A stretch of DNA of 64,000 nucleotides from Balamuthia mandrillaris. Taxonomy: Eukaryota. The notes under the pieces were generated by a model. The model did no database searches. It was given only the letters and a program-made list of their open reading frames with translations, and was not told where the DNA came from. Position numbers and translations under genes: made by a program. The stretch's first letter is position 1, and the number at the start of each line of letters is the position of its first letter. Positions 36,175 to 46,465 of the stretch are shown here, piece by piece. The stretch is taken from contig JAVKOQ020000002.1 in NCBI GenBank assembly GCA_031835245.2, positions 496,001 through 560,000 on the forward strand. The letters run 5' to 3'.

Positions 36175-39100
36175 TTCTCTCTCTCCGTGTTTTTGTTGCG
36201 TTGTGTTTTTATGTGTTTGTTACGAATTGCCTTTTTGAACGAAAAAACAAACTGTTTTTCATTCTTACTTTATTTCTTTCTCTTTCCATTATTCTCACCC
36301 ATTGGTAGAGACTGTCTCTCATGCGAAAATATGGAGTGGAAGACGAACAAGTGGCCCTTCATCGCAGCCAAAAGTATGTTCAATACTTGTTGAAGAAAGA
36401 GAGCGCTGAAGACGGAGACGAAGATGGCCAACAAGCTCCTCCAACAGCAACCGTAAAAGAAATGCTCGACCAACGACAGAAAACTAGGGCTGCCATCCGT
36501 CGTAAACATGTTTCCACTTCTTCCTCTCCTCCTTCAACACCAAATGAGGAAAAGGAGAAAGAAGTGGAAGAGAGAGAGAAAGAGAATGAATTGTTATGCC
36601 TACAACAAAGCCCAAAAGAAGAAAGAGAAAAGCGAAAAAGAGAAATGAGGGACAAGAGGAAAGCGTTCCGAGCGCCTTATACGAGAGGCAGCACTAGACT
36701 CTTTCAACAACTACAGGAGGGAGTGGCACGTATGCATCAAAACATGGAAGAGGAAGAAAAGGAGAAATCGAAAGGAAAAAGAGGAAAAGGGAAGGAAGAT
36801 GCAGAGAAACAACAATTAGTTTGGTTGGAACATATGACGATAAGTGACATGTTCGACTTAAGAAAGAAGGTGAAGGAGGAAGAGGCTGCGAAACAAAACA
36901 ATAAAGAAGATGAACAGAAAGAAGAAAAGGAAGGAAAAGCAACAGCAACAGAACAAAAGACCAAGAAGAAGAAGGAAGAAGAAGATGAACAAGAAAGAGA
37001 ACTAGCCGGAGAAGAAAGAAGAAGCAGCGTTATGATCAAAGAAACAACATTGGCAGAACTTTTGGAGCAAAGAAGAAAGGAAAAGGCAAAGCGAGAAAGA
37101 AGAGAGAAGGAAAGAGCCAAAGCTGTTAGCAGCGGTACTGTTGCCAGAAACAAGAAGAAGCAGCAGCAGAAAAAGAAAAAGAAAAGACACACGGCCAGCA
37201 AAGAGCAGAAGAAAACGACGACGACGACTACAACTACAAAGACAAACAGGACAGATATTTCAGCTTCGAGTGATGCAACAACAAAGCCGTTGAAAAAGCT
37301 GGCAACAACAACAACAAAGAAGACAAAGGAAGAGCAAGATGAAATCAAGAAAGAAACAGCAACAACAAAAACTATGACAGAAGCGGAAAGAGAACGGCAA
37401 AGAAGAAGAAGAAAGAAGAAGCGAGCAAAGAAAAGAACAAACGCAACTGTGTTAGCAGGAGAAGAATTGATAATGGAAGGCAATGGAAAGACACTCGCCC
37501 GTAAGCCACAAGTTAAATCGGTGGCTGCTGTCGCTTCCGATGAAGGCAAGAAAGAAGTAAGAAAAAGAGACAGCAACAAAGCTAACAACACCGATAAGAA
37601 AGAAGTTATAGAAAAAGACAAGGAGAAAGCGAAACATCAACACAATGCCAACAAACAAACAGCTAATTCGATGCCAGAAATGAAGTCCGCAGTAATGAAG
37701 TCCTCAACTTCAACATCTTCAAAGCAACGACCTGGGTTGGCAAAATCTCATCCAGGAATGGACCTCTCAAGCAAAGAAAGGGAGAAATCAGAGAAGGGAA
37801 AAAAGGAAAAAGAAAAGGAGGAAAAAAGACGTATTCAAATGCAAGCCCAAGAAAGTTTGGAACAGTTGAGAAAGTGGAGACAGGAGGACCAAAAGACGAA
37901 GAAACGCAACAACGAAGCTAAACAAGATGAGTTCGTGATCAGTGGGCCTGCTTCCTTTCAACACATTCGACATTTCGATCTTAGCATGGATAAGGGCAAG
38001 AAGATACTTCTCGACGTTTCTTGTAAGTATTTTTACAGCTTACTTGTTCTTTTGTTGCTAAGCATGTCCAAAAAACAAGTGATTGAAGCACGAGGATTGC
38101 CTCCGTGTGATGAAGATCATAAGATGTACTGTTCTGTTGCGCTACTGCGATCTGTACAGAGTTTTAAGTCTCGAACCATCAAAAGCTACGAGACCAATCC
38201 AGTTCTCGAACATGATTTGACCTTGTACTGTCTTCCTTCTCATCTCTTTCTGCTGTCTCCCTTCTGTTCTTTTCCTGTTCTGGTGTGCCACTTATCATTT
38301 CCGTCTTAGCACATATTACGACAAGATACTTTTAAATCCACGACTGATGGTGAGAGTTTATTGTGTAAAGCCGAGTCGTTTTGGCAAACGGGTTCGTTCA
38401 GAAATAGGAAGAGTGACGGTGGACCTTAGCCTTCTCGAAGATAAAATAGTTAATGACCTTTGGCTGGACCTAGAAAAACCCTTAAAGAAGAAAGGGAGGT
38501 GGATTGGTGTTTGCCTTCCTGATGAGGAATGCGGATTTGTCCATCTTCGCATTCAGAAGCACTGGTTGCGCAAGGTTTGTTCCTCCTTTCCTATTTCTCC
38601 GCTTCTCTCGTTCTCTCGTTCTATCTTCCTCTCTCTCTCTCTCTCTCTCTATTTGAAGTTTTCATAAAGAATTCCAATTTTAAAAACTCTATAGAAAGGA
38701 GTGTTATCTTATTATGGATGGCCTTTACAAGCCATTCCTTTACGAGTGGAAGCTGGTGATATCGTTCTCTTCAGCGACAACGACCTCGCCAAACAAGCCG
38801 TTCAATTCGCATGTCAAAGCCAGGTTCATTCTCATCTTTTTTTCCTCTCCCCTCCTCCTCCACATGTCTCCCTCTAAATGACTGGTGTTCTTATATAAAC
38901 GTTAGTGGGACCATATGGCCATGGTCATTCGCTTACGCGATAGAAAAGGGGTGTTTCTCTTTGAAGCAACGATGGCAGGAGTGGATGTTTATAAGCTGGA
39001 CCAACGCTTGGATTTGTACAGAGAAACGGCAAAACTCGGCATCCGTCGCCTTCAGTTGGAGCGTACTTCTTCAATGTTAGAAGTCATGTATGATTTTGTG

Positions 39101-39525
39101 GAAGAAGTCGTGGGCAAGCCCTATAACTCCAATTTTGTACAGGTAAGTCTTTTTCAAAAGCGCATCCGAGAGACAGAAAAGAGAGAGGAAAGAGAAAAGA
39201 AGAGAAGAGCAGAGCAGGAGAGAAGGAGAAGAATACGTTTACGTAACACATACCCTCCAACAAAAAACAAACATAACAGCTGGTTAAAGCAAAGTTTGGT
39301 GGTAACTCCAACGACGCAGATGTATCCAAGTTCTTTTGCAGCCAACTGGTGGCAGCGTGCTATCAACGAATGGGGCTTCTTTCGACGGACATCGCCGCCA
39401 CCAACTTCCTTCCAGCCCACTTTGAACCTTGCAAACGGTTGAAGCTGTTGAAAGGCAGATTAGGCGAAGTGATGGTCATACCCAAGAAAAGTACTGCTCA
39501 GCTGGGTGAAATGCTCCTCTACTAA
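35581..39525 (+). CDS. Acidic/charged N-terminus, CRIB, C2 and permuted papain-like (YiiX/YaeF, C92-type) amidase (7 exons)
   Basis: Introns 36043-36308, 38023-38079, 38225-38309, 38575-38694, 38824-38905 and 39143-39279. Motifs: ISGPASFQHIRH; IEARGLP..YC.V..KSRTI..TNP..IGRVTVDL..DLWLDL..G.VHLRI; GDIVLF..WDHMAMV..EAT..GV..GKPY..FFCSQLVAACY. Confidence 0.85.
36066..36185. repeat. (TTTTC)n/(CT)n intronic microsatellite
   Basis: Seen directly. Confidence 0.9.
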
Positions 39526-39652
39526 AACAAGCCCCAGAACCAAAGAATTTAGACGAAACGAGAGAAAGAATGTATACAACTTTGTTCAAACAAAGGAAGC
39601 GTTGTTAACACATTTACGGTGGTTGGTTTTCTATGCCTCAACGAAAGGGTAC

Positions 39653-40309
39653 TCAACACAAGATGCATCTTTCTTTGACTTTACCTCCGATTTTTTTGGT
39701 TGCTCTTACCGCCAGGTTCTTGTTCTTCTTGACGTCGTTGCTTCCACAGCAACGACGCCGATGAACGCGGATCTCTCGAACCAGCTCAAAGAACGCCTCG
39801 TGCACGTTGACTCGAGTTTTGGCGCTGGTCTCCAGGAAGCGCGCTCCCCAACTGGCGGCCAGGTCCTTCCCTTCTCCGGTGCTCACCTCCCTGCTGTTTG
39901 CCGCCAAGTCGCTCTTGTTTCCAACGAGAGTAATCGGCACATCCTCCACCTCGTTTGCGCGGAGGATAGCTTGGTGAAGGGTTGGAAGGGCCTCAAAGCT
40001 GGCTCTGCTGGTCACGTCGTAGACAATAAGGAAGCCCTCTCCAGCTCGCATGTATTGGTCCCTCATGACAGCATATTCCTCCTGTCCGGCAGTGTCGAGT
40101 ATCTCCAAGAAACTGGCCTGGGCGTCGATGATGATTTTTTGAGTGTAAAAGTCTTCTATGGTTGGGTCATAGTCGGTGGTCCACTGGCCATTCACCATTT
40201 GGATCGTTAAACAGGACTTGCCGACCCCGCCTGGTCCCATGACTACAATGGAGTAGGTGGAGTCCGCCGACCAAGTGGAACAAAGAGACGACCGCATCTG
40301 CTTCGACAT
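39653..40309 (-). CDS. ras: Canonical Ras-family GTPase, intronless
   Basis: GPGGVGKS, YDPTIED, DTAGQEEY, NKSD, ETSAK, C-terminal CILC. Confidence 0.95.
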   Translation of the reverse strand: MSKQMRSSLCSTWSADSTYSIVVMGPGGVGKSCLTIQMVNGQWTTDYDPTIEDFYTQKIIIDAQASFLEILDTAGQEEYAVMRDQYMRAGEGFLIVYDVTSRASFEALPTLHQAILRANEVEDVPITLVGNKSDLAANSREVSTGEGKDLAASWGARFLETSAKTRVNVHEAFFELVREIRVHRRRCCGSNDVKKNKNLAVRATKKIGGKVKERCILC

Positions 40310-40570
40310 GAGTGGAGATACTCCGCAGTTCGTCGGGTGGGCGCTTGTTGGCTTGTTGTCGCGTATGTGCTATAATCAGAAGAAAAGAAAAAAAAATAGT
40401 AACGTATTCATCCGTTGGAAGAAAAATTCCAGATTGACTCGAGGTTTCCCTCCGCTAGTTGCCGGAAGGGACACCAAACAGTTTGATTGGTCCATTTTTT
40501 CTGCGGAGTTTAACCCCAAAAAAAAAGTTCATGACGTCAGCCTGGTTTCCCGCCCTTTTTTTTTCCCAAA

Positions 40571-41760
40571 CTAAAAGGGCAAATGGGCAGCGCTGCCGGC
40601 AGCAGCAGTTCTTGTTCTGACTAACAAGTCGCTGCTTCCGCCGCCGCGAGGCAAAGGCATCGGCGCGGAGGCTGCCTTAGAGGGGGAGGGCACGGTAAAC
40701 AGCTCCTCTGAGCGGTGGTCGCCCCTGGGTTGCAGCTGTTGCCGTCGCCGCCTGCTCCACCGCGAAATAGCAACGGATACAAGGACTCCAGCCAGCGCTC
40801 CTCCTTTTTTTTTTTGTTGGGAGGTCAAGAAGGAGACAAAAAAAAAAGAACCTCACTCAAACAAAAAAAAAAGAACCTAACCTAAGTGAGCGATTCGATT
40901 CACATGGATGGTGGTAGGTTGGCCTTCTTCGTCATCCTGGTCGTGGTCATGGGCGACAGCAGGGAAAGCTTCCTGCACTTCGGTCGCCAGCCGGCTCAGC
41001 ACAAACTGGCCGAGAATGAAGAGCTCGATCAGGTTTCGGCACAGAAGCACCACCGCTTCGCTCACCTTTGCCGCCTTCCTTGTCTTCGGCGTCGTCGTGG
41101 TCCAACTAGAAACCCCGCGAAACAGCAGCAACAGCCGTTCCATAAGGCTGATCACGAACAAACCGAATATGCTGCCGCTCGCTCCTACACTCACTGTCTC
41201 ATACACCCTCCCTTTGAAAACAAAAAATCAATCCAGATCCCGATGAGATGAGATGAGAACACCCAAATCAAAAAAAAAAGGTAAAAGATGAAACCAGATT
41301 CGTTGACAAAGCCCTCCGAAGAGAGCAACAAAGAGGCCAAGTTGGCAAAGAGGCCGCACAACACGTAGCGAAACACAAAGCCAACGGCGCCGTCGCCGCA
41401 GCTCTCCTCCACCAAACGACCAAAGATGTAGATAAAGAAGAGGTTGGGGGAGAGGTGCTGGTAGGAGTGGTGACAAAAGATGGAGGTGAGGGGCTGCCAC
41501 CACGACGTCCTTTTGTGGTAGAGGTGCAGGGAGCGCATGAACGGCACTTGCAGGACGTTGTCGAGAAGGAAACACACCAAAGTCAAAATGATGATGAGAA
41601 ACACTCCATCAAAACTTTTAAATACAATCACTCTCTTTTCTTCTGGAGAGGAAGATGAAGAAGCAGCAAAAGGGGAAAGAATAAAGGGGGAGCGACCATC
41701 ACCACCACCGCTTCCTTCTTCTTTGTTTGAAACAGGAGGATAGTAGTTCCGCGGCAGCAT
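40571..41760 (-). CDS. Rhomboid intramembrane serine protease, RBL11/cyanobacterial-like (introns 41212-41294, 40804-40881)
   Basis: WWQPLTSIFCH..HLSPNLFFIYIFGRLVEE; catalytic GASG; LGQFV; NRIAHL|GGALAG. Confidence 0.9.
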
Positions 41761-41827
41761 CTCTTGCTGTTCTTCCTTTCTATTTTGTCTTTTTTCTTTC
41801 CGTCCTTTTGTTGTTGGAAAAAAAAGA

Positions 41828-43068
41828 TCAGGAAGACGATGAAGAAGAGCTTGGATGCTCCTCCGAAGAAGAAGCGGATGGCCGCTGTTGAGGCAGAGCA
41901 GAAACAGAAGTGGTCTGAATATCAGAAATAGAAGAAGAAGAGGAAGACGAAACAGCAGAGTAAGGCGAAGCAGGGGAGGGAGACGAGGAGAAGGTAGAAG
42001 TGCTGTTCGAAAGCGATGTGCAAGCATTTGTTGTTGAGGCAACCGAAGAAGGAGCAGAGTAAGGCGAAGCTGCTAACGTTGTTCGCGAAGAGGCTGCAGT
42101 GACGGTGATGGTGGGTGGTGCTTGTAGTTGTGTTGGAGAGCTACTATTATCTCCTTGTGAATCATGCATCATATCTTCTTGCCGTTCTTCATTTCGGTCT
42201 TGTGTTTCTGCTTCCTCTTCCTCTTCCTCTTCCTCTTCTTCGAGCCGAGAAGAAGAAGAAACACCATTCGAAAGAAGGTGACTATTGGTTGTTCCTCGAT
42301 GGTGATGAGGATAAGTGAGGGGTGAAGAAGCGGCAATGTGGGAAGCGGTCAACGGAGGTAATTTGGTGGATGGAGAAGAGAGCGAAGCAGCTCTACTGCC
42401 AGCGGTTGTCACCGTTGTGCTGCCCGTTGCTATCGGGAATAGAGAAGGAGGCCAAGAGGATGTCGTCCCCACTGAATTTTGGTTGGTCTACACATATATT
42501 TTAGAGACGTGGAAGAAGACACCATAAGAAAAGTGACTGAAAGAACAAAAAAGAAAGAAATACGAAAGATGAAAGAACAGAAATAACATAAAAAACAGCA
42601 AGAAAGTAAGAAAGAAAGAAAGACATACAGAAGGGTTCGAAGGAGAAGCGGCAGCGGTGGCGTTGTTCAGTTTCAATAAAAGGGGTTGCAAGAGTCTATT
42701 GCACTTGTCCAATTCTAAGATTACCCAAGCATACCGTTCCTGAAATCCTTCTGAAAACGGTGCATCTGCTCTCATCTACAAAGCAGGAGGGACCACATTC
42801 AATAAACATGAAAGATAAATATAACATGCAGTCAAAGGAAAATGGGGAGCAAAAGGATACCGTATGTTCAGCATGGTCGTTCATTTCTCGCAGTTGTCGC
42901 AAAAGTTTTTCTTTGGTCGTTAAATACCGTAGAAGCACTGCTATCTCCACTAATTCTTGCGGATAAGCATCTGTAGTCCCCATTGCTAATACTCCCTCCT
43001 CGTTTTCTTCTTTCTTTCCTGCTTAGTGATTTTTGTTATGCATTATTTCAATAAGAAGAGGAGAGGTC

Positions 43069-43103
<35 letters not shown>

Positions 43104-44650
43104 AGAGACGGAGAGAGAAGGAGAGAGGAGAGAAGAGAGAAAGAGGGAAGAGAGGAAGAGAGGAAGAGAAGAGAGAGAGAGAGACAGAGAGAGAGATAGA
43201 GAGAGAGGAAGCAATACCTATCAGCGGGGGAGGACTGGATAGGTTATGCAGCAAAAAGGGACTCAAAGAGGGTCGTGCAGAAGGCGATGCGGGAGAAATA
43301 CTTCCGTAACTGCTACCAACCGCATACATCGTTGGTGGCACAGCGATTTCTTGCTGTTGCTCCTGCCCAGGATAATATCGCATAGTTTCGGTGTCCATAA
43401 CCCAAAACTCGTTTTGTTCGTCATCATGATCGTCGCTCTGATGATGTTGATGGAAGCGAACCAAATAATTGTGCCCCTCTACTCGTTTTACTTCGGCTCT
43501 CTCTGGCAAGTTACTATGCGGATGAATGGCTTGCAAAGAGAGGAATTATGAAATAAGCAACAAAGCGAGGAATGCAGAGGCGAGAGAGAGAGAGAGAGAG
43601 AGAGAGAAGCTAACCAAGTACATGAGCACCAAGCATGTTAGATAGAACAGGAAGATGTGAAAGTGCTTGACTTAATGGGCTCTAAAAAGAACGAAGGATT
43701 GCATCAGTTTTTTGACCGAATTGTCCCACCAAACAAATAACGACTCATAAAACGTAAATAGAAAGAAAGGGAGGATCACATACGTGGCCAGACCGTGCAG
43801 CACGAAGATTGTTTCTGTATGTTTCCAACTTCTTCCTTTCACACTTGAGAAAGGAATCAGAGAAGCGACGAGGTTTGCCTAGAACCGTACGCACATGTCC
43901 CCATTCCACTCGAGTTAACTTGGTCACCTGGCAAAGCATTGACGTTATATTAAAACATTAGAAAGAAAAGAAAGAAAAAAACGTACAGCGCCTAAGCCAA
44001 TTTGATCAAGGCATGTTTGGAACTCGTTGTTGTGAAAGAAGGGATAGTCCAAGTCAGAGTAGAACCATTCGTACTTACACCATCTCTCTGACTTTTCCCA
44101 AAGGAATCTAGTCAGCATACGCTCCACCTGCCCCAATGCATTCAGATCTGGAGTAGTTTCTTGAAGCATTCTTGCTCGCTATGGCGTATGTGAAAGTTAG
44201 CAGAGATTAATAAAACAATATATGAAGGAGCGAGCAAGACGGGCAGAAGAGAAGAGAGCAATACAGTTGCAGAGCGGAGATTCATGCGAGCAGGAGTGCT
44301 AGGAGAATCCATCTTTCCACTATCCACTTTCGCTCGCAACTTCAATGGAAGACCCTCTGAGGACGGCGACTTTGATTTACGTTTCGATGGGCTGTCATGT
44401 CTACTGCTCTTCCGGCTGCTGGTACTGCTTGAGATCTAACCAAAAACCGTTATAAAGAGCAAAGAACAATGAACAAGAATAATAGAAAACAAACTTTGTC
44501 TTTTTCAGTCGGGGTGGTGGCTCGTTTGCTCTGGCGTTTAGATGTGGTTGTGTGTGTTGGGCTCTCTGGAAACAATCTTCGTTTACGACTGCGCTTTTGT
44601 TGTTGAGGGCTTACAACAGAGGATGCCTTTGAGTGAGTGAGTGTGAGAGA

Positions 44651-44688
<38 letters not shown>

Positions 44689-46105
44689 CATTAGAACGTT
44701 GTTACAAATAAATTAAAGGTTTGGTGAGCAGTGAACATACGTGAAGTGATTCTTGTGTGCTCTTCGCTTTTGTTGCTGAAGCTGCTTTCTTCTGATGTGA
44801 GATGAAAGTATCAGAACCCACAAGCATGAAGGGAAGAAAACAACACGAGTGAGTAAAGGTACCATGGATGTAGAAGATATTTGTTTGTTCTTGTTAACAG
44901 GAGAGGCTGGGATCGAAAGACTTGCTGATCTTGGTGGACAAGATCTTCTGCGAGAGGAAGACGAAGAAGAAAAATTGAAACTACTATCTTCTGTGACTGC
45001 ATTTGGCCAAGTTGCTACACCTGAACTAAGCTGATCGCTCCGATTAGAAATAGTTTGTTTCAAATCCTCTAATACAATCGCAATGTTAGAAAACAAGGAG
45101 AAACAGGCGGAGAAAGAAAAAACAAGGAGAAGAACAGAAATACAAGGCAAGCGAAAGTTTAACAAAAAACGAACCAGCAAGCCGTTTGGCAAAGGCGTAA
45201 TGGTCGCCAACAACCTCACTCAAAGACTGAGAATGTACAGTAGCTTGGTCGGGTCCGCTCAGAAAGCGTTGGTTCAGCGTGTAGAGCTCCTCCACCATTT
45301 CTGGCGTCCGACCCTTCAGTTCTGATGCGATCTTCTTCCATGCTGGACCATGCTGCCTTAGCCCTGGGATTGGTTTTGTTTGTTACAATGGTTGAGAGGA
45401 GAAGAGAACAGGAGCAGAGAGCAGAAAAGTAGCGACAAGCCAGAAGCCAGGGGCCAGAAGTAAAGAGAGAGAGAAAGCAGAGAAGCAGAAAAACAAGACA
45501 AAATTTTAAAAGGAAGAGAGAAAGAAAGAGCACCATTTAAAAAGATGCTAAGCTCAGCCTCGCTCCACGGCCTTCCTGGCAAGTGCCTCTCTAGCACCGC
45601 CTCGACCAGCTCACCGCCGCCAGCGTCACCACCATCCGCTGCGGCTGTGGAACCGTAAGCGCCACCGGCAGTACTTGTACTGGAGGAAGTGCCGTGCTCC
45701 CCGAAAGAAGAGGCAGAAGAAGAGGAAGAAGACGAATAGGCGCTAAAGCTGGTGTGACCACTGCTGCTGCTGCTAGAGGTGCGTTCCTTCCAGCCGTCGC
45801 TTAGGTGCTGCGACACCTTGGACCTCGTTTCGATGCGGTCCGAACGGCGGCGTAACGGGGCAACCACCTCCTCTTCTTTGGAGGAAAGAGAGTGTCAAAG
45901 CAAAAAGGAAAAGGAGAAAAACAACAACACTTTGCAAAAAATGAAAAGAAAAGAAAAGCGGCACAAGAAGCAGAGATGAGAGGATGAGCAACGCTGCTCT
46001 CCCCCAAGAAAATTATATATAATATTTAAAAAAAAAAAACAAAACGAGCAAAAAAAAACCTTTGTGCGCGTCATCATGGCTACTCACGGAGGGGTGGCTG
46101 CTCAT
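41828..46105 (-). CDS. LIN9: LIN9/ALWAYS EARLY homolog (SANT/Myb, DIRP, Tudor-like and coiled coil), MuvB/DREAM subunit; multi-exon
   Basis: [108 protein letters not shown]. Some internal exon limits are approximate. Confidence 0.9.
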
Positions 46106-46465
46106 CTCTTTTTCGTGTTGCTGTTCGATCGAGTGGTGGGCCTTTGCTGCGGGTGGTTGGGTTGAGGTGCGCCTTCCCTGCTTGCTGCTACGTTATTTTC
46201 TTGCTTTCTTTTATTTACGTGCTTGCACAAAACGAGCTCCTGGGCTGCACGATTAGTGCTCTACTTGCGAGAGAGACCGATCAGCACAAGACTTATGATT
46301 TTTGATAGGTGATTTGATATTTTAAAGCAAATCGATCTGATTGCGATCCAAGGTTTGATTTTTTATTTGCCAGTGGAATTCATTTGAAATAAAATTTATT
46401 TGTTTAGGGGGAGATTGTGTGGTAACGCAAGCACCGAACCCAGACACAAGCAAAGACCGAGACTG

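Noticed and set aside
39506..40210. 234-aa plus-strand ORF
   Set aside because: Antisense to the clear Ras gene.
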